From: Mobula hypostoma
Taxonomy: Eukaryota
NCBI RefSeq assembly: GCF_963921235.1
Contig: NC_086097.1
Span: forward strand, 132,372,001 to 132,436,000
Direction of reading: 5' to 3'
DNA: 64,000 nucleotides
Shown here piece after piece: positions 49,235-62,303 of the stretch. Position 1 is the stretch's first letter. Every line of letters begins with the position of its first letter. Under the pieces are notes generated by a model. The model searched no databases. It saw only the letters and a list, made by a program, of their open reading frames with translations, and was not told where the DNA came from. Both the position numbers and the translations under genes were made by a program.

Positions 49235-49660
49235 AGATACAGCATGATAACAGGTCCTTTTGGGCCAATAAGCCCGCACTGCCAAATTACACCTATGAGA
49301 CCAAATAACCTGTAACCTGCACACACAACATGCTGGAGGAACTCAGCAGGTCGGGCAGCATCCGTGGAAACGAACAGTCAACACTTCGGGTTGAGACTCT
49401 TCATCAGGACTGAAGAGGGAGGGGGCAGGGGTCCTATAAAGAAGGTCGGGGGGGGGTGGGAAGGAGAAGGCAGATAGGTGCCAGGTGAAAGGGGATAAAC
49501 CTATAACCTGAACATTTTTGGAATGTGGGAGGAAGTTAGAACACCTGAAGGAAACCCACATTGTCACAGGGAGAATATACAAACTCCTTACAGATAGTGG
49601 CGGAAGTGAACTTGCATTGATGGCACTATTATAGAATTAATTTAACCGCTCACGATCATG
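49235..49660 (-). mobile_element. V-SINE interrupted by a PLE terminal insertion (49320-49497) with a 13-bp TSD
   Basis: TSD AACCTGTAACCTG (49307-49319) / AACCTATAACCTG (49498-49510). The hammerhead at 49375-49412 has GAAG in place of GAAA. Confidence 0.85.
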
Positions 49661-50414
49661 CCCCCCCCCAAGAACCAAGAATCTCAATGAAAGATGGAAT
49701 AATTTCAAAGGACTGAATATGCTCTCATTCCTTACTACATCTCAAGACAATATCTCTTCGAATATGTTTTCCTGTTGTCTCAACAGGAAGTTCCACTATT
49801 CCCAATTTCAGTGGCATAAAGTGCATTAGGTATTGATAGAACTGTGAGTAGAATTCTCAGTCTTTGCTAAAACACCTTGTCAAAAAAACACCAAGGTTTT
49901 CTAAAATTGCAGGTTTCCAACTGAAAGGTGAGATCATCTATTGTATGTTTCATCCATCTTCTTGAGGATTTCAAATGTTGCCCATCTGTCAGTTATAGAC
50001 ATGAAAATGTAAACATGGCTCTCAAAACACTTTGTCTGTCATTTTCGATACAAGATAGAAGTGAGTGAAGGATGTGAAAGACTGTGACATGAAACCAGCT
50101 GGCAGAAGGACTCTGTCAAATAACTCATGCAACTCATGGGAATAATATCCATCAACCTGACAGCCTCTTTTGGAAGAGAGTTGAAATGATTGCATCCACT
50201 TAGCTGCTGCTCACAAGTAACTGTTGCTCAAGTACTATTCTACTGCCAGTGTGCTGGTAAAAAATCTTACCAATTGTCCTTCTGCTTTCAAAGAGGCCAA
50301 GATTTTGTTGCTGACAGATTTCCCGGTGTGCATGCCTTTGAGTTCGTCTGGGTTTATAAATTTCACAATGTGCAATTCCGGTTGCCTTCCACTGGAAAGA
50401 TGTTGAGGCTTTGA

Positions 50415-50690
50415 GAAGGGAACTGAAGAAGTTTACTAAGATTCTGCCTGGATTATAGGATATGAGCTGTAAGAAGATGCTGGACAAACTTGGGTTATTT
50501 TCTCTAGAGTGTCAAAGGCTGAGAGTAGACCTGATAGATGATTAAGCAACACACACAAATGCTAGAGAAACTCAGCAGGCCAGGCAACATCTGTGGAAAA
50601 GAGTAAACAGTCGATGTTTTGGGCAGAGACCTTTCATCAGGACTGAAAGAAGTTTATAAGATTATGAGATTATAGAAAGGGAAGAAGTAG
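50415..50690 (+). mobile_element. CR1 fragment with a PLE mini-insertion (~50544-50648, minus strand)
   Basis: GACCTGATAGA|AGTTTATAAG is split. The insert's hammerhead (50608-50645) reads CAGTC CTGATGA A AGGTCTCTGCCC AAAA C ATC GACTG. Confidence 0.8.
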
Positions 50691-51134
50691 TGTCCAAAAT
50701 GCAATTAGACAAATGCCTAAGAATGTAGGAAATAAAAGAATGGGCGGTATGATATATGGGATTGTGCACTTCTGTCATTTCAAAGGTTCAAAGGTTCAAT
50801 TTAATGTCAGAGAAATGTATACAATATACATCCTTAAATGCTTTTTCTTCACAAAACATCTACGAAATCAGAGAAGTGCCCCGAAGAATGAACGACAGTT
50901 AAACGTGAGAACCCCAAAGCCCAAAGATCCCCCCCCAGTTTTGCCTCCAACTTCTATATTTGAATACGATTATGGCTAATCTGATCATGGACTCCACCTT
51001 TTTGCCTGCTCTCCATAACCTTTGATTCCCCTGTTGTCCGAGCATCTATTTTACCCTACATTTCACTTGTTCAGTGACTCCACAAATTTCCAAAGTTGAG
51101 AATTTCAGAGATTCCCAACACTGCTATGACTTGT

Positions 51135-52245
51135 ACATTAAACGGCTGTGCCCTGGGTTGAAGAACAGAGATACCTAGGGGTACAGGTACATGGTCCCCT
51201 GAAAATGAAAACACAGGTAGATAGGGTTGTTAAGAAAGTCTTCATCAATCTGGACATTAAGTACAGGAATTGGAGTATCATGTTACAGCAATGCAAAACA
51301 TTAGTAAGGCCACATTGGGAGTACTGTTTACAGCTTAGGTCCCCTTGCAGTAGGAAGGATGACATTAAATTGGAAAGAGTATAGAGAAAGTTCAATGGTT
51401 CAATGTTTCAATTTAATATCAGGGAACGTATAGCATGCAACCTGAAATTCTCACTCTTCTTAGACATCCACGAAAGAAAAGAAAACAAAGAATGAATGAC
51501 AGAAACGTCAGAACCCCAAAGACCCCTCCCCCTCCCATGCACACGCAGCAGTAGAAGCACTGACCTTCCCCCTCCCCTCCCCACAATTGCACCAGCAAAG
51601 GCACTGACAAAAGCATAGACTCCCTCCTCCCACCATGCAAAAGCCCCCAAAGAGACCTTGATCTAGAGACAATCAAAACCCCAGTCCATTCCAGCGTTTT
51701 GTTATCTCAAACAGGCTCTCTCACTAGCGAGGGAGAGACAGATCGCTCCTGCAACAACAATGAGAGCAGGAGACCAGCAGTCTGCTGTCTTGATGTTGCT
51801 TTCTTCTGAGTTTATGAGAATAACACAAGGACTAGTGGGTCTGAATTACAGGCAGTGGTTGTATGAACTGGGATTTTTTTTCCCTGGTGCGTAGGAAGCT
51901 AAAGATTGGCTTTAATAGCGAGATTAGTTTTGGACACTCCATAGTAGGGGAGTCTAAAACTACAGGGTATTGGCTTAAAGTGAGAGGAGAAAAAATTGTA
52001 AAGGTTCTTGAGGGGCAACTTTATCACACAAGAGGGAGGTACATATATGGAACAAACTACCAAATGCAATGGTAGAGGTGGGTACAGTTGCTACATTTAA
52101 CTGAACTTTGGACAGGTACATGTATAGGAAAGGTTTAGAGGTGATGGGTTAAACTAGGCAAATGGGACCAGCTCAGGTAGGCACCTTGATCAGCATAGAC
52201 AGTTGGGTTGAAGAGCCTGTTTTCTGTGACATATTGCTGCATGAC
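51135..52245 (+). mobile_element. CR1 3' half interrupted by an antisense non-LTR 3'-end fragment (~51390-51810)
   Basis: EQRYLGVQVH..QVDRVVKK..LVRPHWEYC; the element resumes at ~51825 and runs to the 3' UTR. Confidence 0.8.
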
Positions 52246-52514
52246 ACTTTGATTCTTTGAGAGAAAAATAGGTCTTTTCTATCTCGATACAAAATGGATG
52301 CCACTTTATTCTGAGACATGCCACCTAGTTCTAGCTAACCCTACCAGTGAAAACATCCTCATGACTTTCACTCTGTAAAAGCTGCACAGAATCCTATATG
52401 TTTTAATATTACCACCTCTCATTCTTCTAAATGCCAATGAGTATTGGCCCAAATGGCTCAATCCTTGCTTAAAAGATTTATTACTTCAGTAATAAATCTT
52501 TCGTGATCTGTCCC

Positions 52515-52930
52515 CAGAGGTTGGACAAATTTGGGTTGTTTTCTCTGGAGCATCAAAAGCTGAGGAGAGACATAACAGAAGTTTTTAAAATCATGAAAGG
52601 CATAGACAGAGCAGACAGCCAGAACCTTTTTCCCAAGGTAGAAATATTAAATACCAGAAGATGTACATTTAAAGTGGGAGGGGAAAGCTTATAGGAAACA
52701 CCTGGGGGGCAATTTATTTTACACAGAAAGTGGCGGGTACATGAAGTGTGCTGTCAGAGGTTGTAGTGGGAGCAGATATGACAGTGTTGTTTAAGAGGCT
52801 CTTAGATACATAAATATGCAGGGAAACGACAGAAGTGGATCATGTACAGGCAGAAGAGATTTAGTTTACTTTGGCATCATTTTCAGCACAGATATAATGG
52901 GCTGAAGATCATTTTCCTATATGCTATTGT
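52515..52930 (+). mobile_element. CR1 3' fragment
   Basis: RLDKFGLFSLEHQKLRRDITEVFKIMKGIDR. Confidence 0.85.
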
Positions 52931-53084
52931 TAATAGGGAATACATTCAGTGATATTGGAGAAAGGGAGTGAAAAATAGGACGAGCTGGAAAGCTGTTTCA
53001 AAGGTGAAACATTAACACAGACGAACCCTGCCTCTTTGCTGCAATATTTGATGATTATATTATATTATTCCATAAGAAGTCCGT

Positions 53085-53400
53085 TGCAATAGCATAGTGA
53101 TTAACTTCCTAGCGTAGACAGAGATCTGTAGTATTGATTATGAGACATGTTCAGATCCCAGAATGCAAAAGGGGGAATTAAATTCAATTAAATAAATTAA
53201 GAACTAAAAAGATAATGGTGACCATGAAGTTGGTGAGAACTAATCTGGTTCATTAGTGTCACCAGGGAAAGGAAGTCTCATGTGCTTGTATGGACTTGAC
53301 TAAATGTAACTCCAGAACCATATCAGGTCTAAAGCCTTTCCTCTGACATGGTTAACAATTCCACTAATTTAGGAAGGAAATTGAGAAGTTGGAGAATAAA
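53085..53400 (+). mobile_element. Old SINE-like repeat, family not assigned
   Basis: Decayed tRNA-like head and GGTGACCATGAA...ATCTGGTTCATTAGTGTC..AGGGAAAGGAA..AACTCCAGA. A related antisense sequence lies at ~48160-48245. Confidence 0.4.
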
Positions 53401-54235
53401 TTCAATAAAATTGCTCTAGGGCTGAGAGTTACATGGCCAGTCAGCAGAAATTGAGATTGTCCTTGCAAGAGCAACTATGGCCAAGAAGGTATGCATGATA
53501 GATGTCTAAATTCATGAAGTGAATTGAGAAACTGCTCTCCCAGAAGGCACGGATATAAGGGGATTGGGTAAAGAACCAGAATTGCATTAGGATAAACTTT
53601 TTCATGCAAATCCATGAAGCAGAAAATATTATCCAAATACCAGGAATGAGTGGGAGAATCCTTCAGCAAAAGGCGATTTTATGAGGGGTGTGTGGTGGGG
53701 GGAGGGGGTTGCAGATTATGGGATGACCTGACTTACAACAATCCAACCTCATGCAAGTTCTCCCAGACTCAGCTCTCTGGTGTAATACTTGAATCTCTTC
53801 TCAAGGGAAGTTAAGTTTATTGTCATATGAACAAGTACATGTATACACTGGTGCAATAAAAACAAACTTACCTGCAGCAGCATCAAAGGCACCTAGCATC
53901 ATATACGTGCACACTTTCTTTTATTAAACTGCTGATAGTTTTTTTTTCTCACTGATTAGCTCTCTCCTGTCACTCCACCCAAGTGGCATTCAGACAAACA
54001 TTCGTCACCATTTACTTGCTGGTAACAGCTTCCATCACTTATACTGATCTTCCTCTGTCCACTCTTTGCAAATCAGACCCCATGGGCTGTTGAGGCTAAA
54101 GATTTCACATTTCTATCTTTGAGGATATTGTTCCTTTCAATTTATGGAAAATTCAGCTTATCGACAGTTCTCAGGACAGGAACTGTATATAACCCAGGGA
54201 CCCCTGTATTTGTGTTAAACAAATATCAAACAGTT

Positions 54236-54540
54236 CAAGAACACAAGAAAATAGGAGCTGGAGCAGGCTACTCTGCCCTTCAAGTCTGCTCCACCATTTA
54301 ATGTGATCAAGGTTTATCTTTGCTACCCTCAAATCCTCTTCTTTGCCAGTTCCTCATAGTCCTCAATTCCTCAATCTTTTTTATCTATCTCCACTTTAAA
54401 TATATTCAGTGATCTTTCCTTCACCACCCAAAGACTCACTACCCTCTGAGAGAGAGGAGAAGTCTGCACATCTCAGTTTTAACTGAGCAATTCCTGAGTT
54501 GTTGCTATGTCTTCTTGCTCGTGGCTCACGGATTCCAGTT
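54236..54540 (-). mobile_element. CR1 3' end
   Basis: ACAAGAAAATAGGAGCTGGAGCAGGC... is the reverse complement of a CR1 3' UTR. Confidence 0.65.
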
Positions 54541-55339
54541 GCACTAATTACATTGTTAAGTGTGTAAAATGAAATGAAGGACAATTTGTGGGATCCACTG
54601 AGGGGCCCTCATTAATGATGTTATATGTTTTAACATATCCTCTACATTTTATCTCATAGTTATCCTTTTTGAAGATCCATGCTGTTGATCTACTATCCCC
54701 TTGGTGACCATCAGGAGTCCATTTATACTGGCTCTGTATACCACCCTTTATGTTCAAGAGCTCATCCAGTTTTGTGAGAGTTCCTATGGCTGAGAGCTTG
54801 CCAGGAGTGTGTTCTAGATTGCTACTATTCTCTGGATAGAACTACATCCTCAGATCCCCTCAGACCTTCGCAGTCCTCGCTTTGCTTTGCATTTTCTTTT
54901 TTACTACCTCAATGTACCTATGTATGGAATTTCCTGTCTGGATGGTACCAAATACAAAAGTATTTCACTGCATCTCGGTGCATGTGACAATCATAAACAA
55001 ATTCTAGTTCCAGCTCAACCCTCTGGTTTTAGGTGTCTCCATTATGGGGAAATACCTTATCCACTTGTGGTAATTTTGTATACAGTAATTCGAACAGGTC
55101 CTACCTCAGCCTCCTTTTCTCCAAGGAAAACAAATCCAGCCTCTCCTTATAATTAAAAGATTAACTCTTAATGTTGTGATATTTTCTCAGAGCTATCATC
55201 AGGAGGACATGTCAGCAGAGGTGAGCAAAAACTTAGCCACAGAGACAGATTTTATGGAGTTCCTTGAAAGAAAAATAGGAAAAGAGGAGTTCAGAGATAC
55301 TAGTTTTTACAGATTTAAGGAGATTTGGCATATCATCGA

Positions 55340-55575
55340 AAACTCTGACAAACTTCTACCACTCTGGTGCATCATAACCTGGTGTAGGAACTCCAAATCA
55401 CAGGAACACAAAAGTCTACAGAAAGTGGTGGATTCAACCTGTTCTATCATCACTACAATGCTCCCTACCATCAAGAGCATCCACAAGAGGTGGTGTCTCA
55501 GGGTGGCACGTTCCCTATTAAGGACCCCAAGAGGGCCATGCCCTCTTCTTATTGCTGCCATCAAGCAGAGGTAAC
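55340..55575 (+). mobile_element. Rex/Babar-type fragment
   Basis: CIITWCRN..QEHKSLQKVVDS..SII.T.LPTI. Confidence 0.7.
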
Positions 55576-57479
55576 ACGAAACTAAAGATCCGCCTAGGAG
55601 TATATCCTGGTTATAAGCTTGAACTTGAAACTTGGAACTTGGCAATTGAACATATGGCAGCCCAGTATTGAGAATACTTTTAAATGTGAGGATCCACAAG
55701 TGTCCAGGAATGCACAGAGATCTCGTAGGACTACAGGATTGGAAAAGGGATGACTGCAGAACACTGAAAACACCGAAAAGAATTTTAAAATTAGGGTACT
55801 GTTGATCCGAAAGCCAGTGTAGGTCATTGGCAGGTTTTCAACCCAAAACATCACCAATCCCTTTCCTCCTAGGGATGCAGCTCATCCCATTAAATTTCTC
55901 CAGCAGGTAGTGTGTTGCTCCAGATTCCAGCATCTAGTCTCCTGTGTCTCAATTAGGTCATTAGGGTAATGGGAGAACAAGACTTGGGTGTAAGTTAAAA
56001 CAGTACTCAGTGACACACATTGGTGCTGCTGACCCATCTATCTCCGCATGGTCTAGGCTACAGATAGGGTGTGCATCTTATTTGATTTAACATGCTGTCC
56101 TCAACAAGATAAATATTCTCATTTCACAATTGCAATAACCCGTGGACTGAGCTAGTTTAAAGGTATTGGTTCCTTTCCGGAGTCGCAATGAGACCAGCTT
56201 GAATTGCTGTAAAGGAGACAATTTAACCTTTAAAAGTAGTTAATTAGGTTTAAAAATAAACAGAAATCTGACTACATCATCAACTGAGCAAATTTTACCA
56301 AGTGCTCTTTCATCCCAAGTCTGAGGGGGCAATATTGCCATCTAGTGACTAAGAGAGACAGGTTCTATTTTTACCGCAAGGGCTCCTAAATGCAGCCACT
56401 GATGTGTGCCATCATGTCCCACGTAACTCAGCACTGTAGGATGGTTACTGCAGGAACTGAGGACATTTGGCGCATTGCCCCTCTGTCAACCCTACCGAAA
56501 AAGAATATTGTTCATTCAACTTCCCTAAAATCTTCTCAGAGCACTGCAAATTCTTTCCTTTTAGGTACCTCCCTATCCAGCTCCCTGGAAAAAGGTGCTA
56601 TTGAATCGGCCTCTATTATTCACCCTGGTGATGCATTCTAGACCTCATCACTTAATGAATTGAATCATTTATTTTCACCTTGCTTTTCATTCTTTTGTCA
56701 AGTGTATTCATTATCTTTCTTGACCCCACCACCATCAAAAACAACTTCCCTCCATCTGCTTTATGTATATACTTTATGATTTATATACCAGTATCACAAA
56801 GTATGTATACTTTGACAATAAGTGTACTTTGAACTTTGAACCTGGACATCCTGTTGCAAGCTTTATTCTATGGAGACCAGCAGAAGCTTCTTCAGTCTAC
56901 TCACATAACTAAAACTCTTCATCCATGGAATCACTCTAATAAATCTCTTCTACACCCTTACTTGTTAACTTCTCTTCTTTCCTGAAGCAACATACAAATC
57001 ATTGGATCCAAAATGTTGACTGTCCACTTCCCTCCATAGATGCTGCCTGATCTCTTGAGTTTCTTCAGCGCTTTTTGTGTTGCTTCAGATTCTGGTATCT
57101 ACTGTTTTTTTGTGTCAACATTTCTTGTCAAAAGTCTGGTTCTCAGAACTGGACACACCTTGTTATTACTTTAGAACATAATCCAAAATGTACCCTCTTC
57201 ACACAGACACCTTCACCATACAACTTGTTGTAAAAGTTATACAGAGAGCTATTGACAATTGTATTATATCCAGGACCGTATCCATCACAAATGTGAAACA
57301 TGCTGCATATCTACATATTATATCTGTGTGAGATATTATATGGGTGTGAGATATAGAACAATACTACTTCAAGATTTGTAACTCAGCAGTTTTCCATCAC
57401 ATCACCTTCTGTTGCTTGTACTCTTGCAAAATTAGTAGCTTAGCTTTGTGATATGCATAATTGTCTTGTTAGCAGCTCC

Positions 57480-58021
57480 TCTCTCACCTCAGATGGTTGA
57501 AGAAGTTTGGTATGGGTCCATAAATCCTAAGGACTTTCTACAGGGGCACAATTGAGAGCATCCTGACTGGCTGCATCACTGCCTGGTATGGGAACTATAC
57601 TTCTCTCAATCGCAGGACTCTGCAGAGAGTGGTGCGGACAGCCCAGCGCCATCTGTAGATGTGAACTTCACACAATTCAGGATGTTTACAGAGACAGGTG
57701 CATAAGAAGGACCTGAAGGATCATTGGGGATCCAAGTCATCCCAACCACAAACTGTTCCAGCTGCTACCATCTGGGAAACGGTACCACAGCATAAAAGTC
57801 AGGACCAACAGGCTCCAGGACAGCTTCTTCCACCAGGCCATCAATTCATGCTGATATAATTGTATTTCTATGTTATATTGGCTGTCCTGTTGTACATACT
57901 GTTTATTACAAATCATTATAAGTTGCACATTGCATACTTAGGTGGAGATGTAACATAAAGATTTTCATTCCTCATGTATGCGAAGGATCTAAGTAATAAA
58001 GTCAATTCAATTCAATTCAAT
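57480..58021 (+). mobile_element. Rex/Babar-type LINE 3' end (DUF1891-like motif) with (ATTCA)n tail
   Basis: Reads LKKFGMGP*ILRTFYRGTIESILTGCITAWYGN..LQRVVRTAQ..LFQLLPSGKRY, ending AATAAAGTCAATTCAATTCAATTCAA. Confidence 0.88.
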
Positions 58022-58074
58022 ATAAAGTAGGTCAGCCTAATATTTTACTTAAGTTACGTAAACATACATGGAAT

Positions 58075-58780
58075 GTAGAAAAGAACATGCCAAACTAATT
58101 AAGTCAATGCCTGCACATGGTCCATATCCCTCCATTCTCTGCATATTCATATGCCTATGGAAGAGTATGTTAAACACCCCTATCATATCTTCCTTCACCA
58201 CCACTGCTCGCAACCTATTCCAGGACCCACTACTCTTGGTATAAAACAACTTGCCCTATCTATCTACTTCTAGCTTTCCCTTTCACTGTGAATGTGTGCC
58301 CTTTAATGTGAGACATTTTATTTATTTATTGAGATACAGCGCGGAGTAGACCCTTCTGATTTTTCGAGTCATGCCACCCAGAAACCACCAATTTAACCCT
58401 AGCCTAAACACAGGTCAATTTACAATGACCCATTTATCTACCTACCACTGCGTCTTTGCACTGTGGGAGGAAACCAGAGCACCTGGAGAAAATCCGTGTG
58501 GTCACAGCGAGAACGTACAAACTCCCTACCGACAGCAGCGAGAATAGAATCCAGGTCACTGGTACTGTAAAGTGTTGTGCTGACTACTACACTATCATGC
58601 CACTCCATTTCGAACCTGGATAAAAGATTATAATTTTATAAACTTCTCTTAGGTCACCCCTTAGCCTCTGTCACTCCAGTGAAAACAACCCAAGTTGGTC
58701 CAACCTTCCCACTAACCCAGGCAGCATCCTGAAAACCTCTTCTGCACCCTCTCCACGGACTCCATATCCTTCTTGTAATG
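58075..58780 (-). mobile_element. CR1 3' fragment interrupted by a V-SINE (~58320-58602)
   Basis: CR1 3' UTR and ORF2 end on the minus strand. V-domain TGTGGGAGGAAACCAGAGCACCTGGAG. Confidence 0.8.
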
Positions 58781-59326
58781 AAGATGCACCTCATTTCTAC
58801 GGGCTCAAGTCTTCAGATGGAGCCAATTGAAGGCAAGTGCTTTTTCCACAACTTGGTCGTGTCACTTGTGCAATGCAATGCCTTACTGAATGACAGATAC
58901 AGGAGAAGGCTTGCTTAATCTACAAAGTAGGACCAAACAAATAAAAGTGCAAACCAACCACAGAAGTAGACAGGAAACATGAAAATGGTGCGAGCTGTAA
59001 TTGAAAGGGATGGCTCTTTGATGTCCATGTCACTTCAAACCAAGAAGAGGTTGGTAGACCAGACATTTGGTTTCATCCTTTATTGGCCTTCTAAACAACC
59101 ATTCCCATATATTGACAAGTTTGCAACACAGGCTTTGAGGCATTGAGGCATGAAACACTGATTCCAATGTAACCCAGTGCAAAGCTATTCTGAAGAACTA
59201 TTGTCAAGTCTGCACCATTTACAGAGTATAGTTTGCATAACAAACTGAGACTATGAAGGGATTTGGGGTATATCTGAAACTAGTTCATGAATTAGCATTC
59301 AGCCAATGATATCGCTGCAGCAGTTT

Positions 59327-59385
59327 TGTCATTAGGTGGCAGTAACGCACCATGTGCGGGATGGACACAAGTGACATCTAGTGGT
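59327..59385. promoter_or_regulatory. Pair of convergent CTCF-like motifs
   Basis: Plus strand TGTCATTAGGTGGCAGTA (59327-59344) and minus strand ACCACTAGATGTCAC (59371-59385), compared with consensus CCACYAGRKGGCR. Confidence 0.45.
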
Positions 59386-59399
59386 GAACGTTATTTGGT

Positions 59400-60320
59400 A
59401 ATTGGCAATTGGCTAATTATTGTCACATGTAACAAGATGCAGTGAAAAGCTTTTGTTTGCCTGCCATCCAGAAAGATCATTCCATTGATGAGTACATCGA
59501 GGTAATACAAAAAGGAAAAGCAGAACGAGGAATATAGTGTTACAGATATTAAGAAAGTGCAGTGCAGGTAGAGAAATAAGGTGCAAGGTCCATGGCCATG
59601 ACAAAGTTGATTGAGAGATCAAGAATGTACCTTTTAGCATCTAAAAGGTCCATTTGAGTCCGATAACAGTAAGGCAGAAATTGTCCTTGAGACTGGTGGC
59701 ATGTGCTTTCAGGTTTTTGTATTTTTTTGCCCATTCGGAGGGTGGAGAAAGTTTAAAGTTCGAAGTAAATTTATTATTAAAGGACATATATACCTCACCA
59801 TATACAGACCTGAGATTAGTTTTCTTGTGGGAACATTCAAAAAATCCATAATAGAATAATATCCGTAACAGAATCAGTGAAAGAGTGCACCAACTCGGGA
59901 GTTCAACCAGTGTGGAAAAGCAACAACCTGTACAAGTACAAAAATAAATTAATAAATATCGAGAACATGAGATGAAGAGTCCTTGAAAGTGAGTCCATAG
60001 GTTGTGGGAACAGTTCAGTGATGAGGCAACTGAAAATGAGTGAGGCTATCCCTTTTAGTTCAAGTGCCTGATGGTTGAGGATAATTGTTCCTGAACCTGG
60101 TGGTGTGAGTCCTGATGTTCCTGTACCTTCTGCCTGTTGACAGTAATGAGAAGAGAGCATGTCCTGGGTGGTGGGCACCCCTGGTGATAGATGCTCCTTT
60201 CCTGCGATAGCGTTTCTTGTGGGTGTACTCAATGGTGGGGAGGTCTTTACCCGTGATGGACTGGGTCATATCCATTACTTTTTGTAGTGCGTTCCATTCA
60301 AGGGCAACGGTGGTTCCAAT
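59400..60320 (-). mobile_element. Two Rex/Babar-type 3' fragments
   Basis: QSITGKDLPTIE..HPGHALFSLLSTGRRYRNIRTHTTRFRN (ORF 60060-60275), and a second 3' end at 59400-59740. Confidence 0.8.
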
Positions 60321-60650
60321 ATCCTTATGGGTTGGTTTAAACTAGTTTAGCAGTGGGGTGAGAACCAGAGTGATAGGACTGAGGATGGAATAGTTGGTTT
60401 ACCAACAGAGGCAATATGTAGAGACACTACTAGAAATGACAAGCTGATGATAGGGCAAAATTGCAGTCAACAGGATGAGTTGCAATGTAAATGGGGCTCA
60501 AAATCAAAAAGGGTGATGAATACAGTACTCAAGGTGTTATATTTGAATGCACACAGTACACAGAATAAGGTAGATGAACTTGTAGCACAGATTCAAATTG
60601 GCACGTATGGCACTGTGGGCATCACTGAATAGTGGCTGAAAGAAGGTTAT
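60320..60650 (+). mobile_element. CR1 ORF1/ORF2 junction with the start of the APE endonuclease
   Basis: GGTTTAAACTAG (ORF1 end), then LKVLYLNAHSTQNKVDELVAQI..GTVGITE*WL. Confidence 0.8.
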
Positions 60651-61180
60651 AGCAGAGAGGGGAAGAAGCCTTTCCTGAGTCGCTGAGTGTGTGCCTTCAG
60701 GCTTCGCTACCTCCTTCCTGATAGTAACAATGAGAAGAGGGCGTGGCCTGGGTGATGGGATCCTTAATAATGGATGGCAACTTTCTGAGGCACTGTTCCT
60801 TGAAGATATCTTGGATACTATGGAGGTTAGTACCAAAGATGGAGATGACTAATTTTACAACTTGTTCTAGCTTCTTTTCGTCCTGTGCAGTAGCCAATGC
60901 TCCCCCACTCCCCCATGTCAGAATGCTCTCCAAGGTGTATCTACAGAAGCTTTTGAGTGTTGTAGGTGACACACCAAATCTCTTCAGACTCCTAAAGAAA
61001 TATAGCTGCTATTGTGTCTTCTTTACAGCTGCATTAATATGTTGGGACCAGGTTAGATCCTTAGAGATCTTGATATCCAGGAGCTTGAAATTGCTCACTC
61101 TCTCCACTTCTGATCCCTCTATGAGGATTGGTCCATGTTTCCTCTTCTTACACTTCCTGAAGTCCACAATCAGCTCTTCC
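60650..61180 (-). mobile_element. Rex/Babar-type fragment
   Basis: MSPTTLKSFCRYTLESILT..AQDEKKLEQVV..IIKDP. Confidence 0.8.
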
Positions 61181-61182
61181 AT

Positions 61183-62303
61183 CTAGTATTACAGGAAGGG
61201 TATTAGCATGGATGGAGCTTTGGGTGATTGGCGGAGGGAAAGAGTGGGAATAAAGATAATTTTTTTCTGGTTCGCTAACTGTGACTAATGGTATTCTATA
61301 GGGGCCTATGTTGCGACTGCTTCTTATTATGTTATATGTCAAGGATTTGGATGATGCAATTGTTGGCTTTGTGGACAATTTCGCAGAAAATATGATGATA
61401 GGTGGACAGGCAGATACTGTTGAGGAAGCAGAGAGGCTGCAGAAGGGCTTAGATAGATTAGGAGAATGGACAGAGAAGTGGCAGATGATATACAATGTTG
61501 GAAAGTGTTTGGTCATGCACTTTGGTAGAAGAAATAAAAGTGTAGACTATTTTCTAAATGGAGAGAAAATTCAAAAATCTGATGTGCAAAGGGACTTGGG
61601 AGTCCATGTGTAGGATTCCTTGAAGGTTAATTTGCAGGTTGAGTCAGTGGTGAGGAAGGCAAATACAATGTTAGCACTTATCTTGAGAGGACTAGAACAT
61701 AAAAGCAAGGATGTAATGTTGAGGCTTAATAAGGCACTGGTAAGGCCTCACTTACAGTATTGTGAGCAATTTTAAGCTCTTAATCTAAGAAAGGATGTGC
61801 TGATATAGGGGAGGGCACAAATGAGTTTTCACTAAAATGATTCTGTGATTGAAAGGTTTATTGTATGAGAAATGTTTGATGGCTCTGGGCCTGAACTCAC
61901 TGGAATTGAGAAGAATGAGGGGGGACCTCATTGGAACCTATTGAAAGTTGAAAGACCTCAATACAATGGATATGGAGAAGATGTTTCCTATAGTGGGAGA
62001 ATCTAAGACCAGAGGACACATCTTAGGAATAGGGGGATATACGTTTAGAATGGAGATGAGGAGGAATTTCTTTAGCCAGAGAGCGGCGAATTTGTGGAAT
62101 CCATTACTGCAGGCAGCTGTGGAGGCCAAGTCATTGGGTATATTTCAGGCCGAGGTTGACAGATTCTTGATTAGTCAGGGAATGAAGAGATACAGGGAGA
62201 AGGCAGGAAACTGGGGGTGACGGAAATAGATCAGACATGATAAAAAGGTGAAGCAGACTCGATGGGCCAAATGGCCTAATTCTGCTCCTATATCTTATGG
62301 TCT
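61183..62303 (+). mobile_element. CR1 RT and 3' end, degraded
   Basis: YVKDLDD..FAEN..ERLQKGLDRL.EW..KWQM..KC.VMHFG, with a 3' UTR ending TATCTTATGGTCT. Confidence 0.9.

Noticed and set aside
15425..50648. Tandem hammerhead (retrozyme) array able to make circular RNA
   Set aside because: All ribozyme motifs are dispersed monomers or inverted pairs. No head-to-tail direct repeat of two hammerheads was seen.
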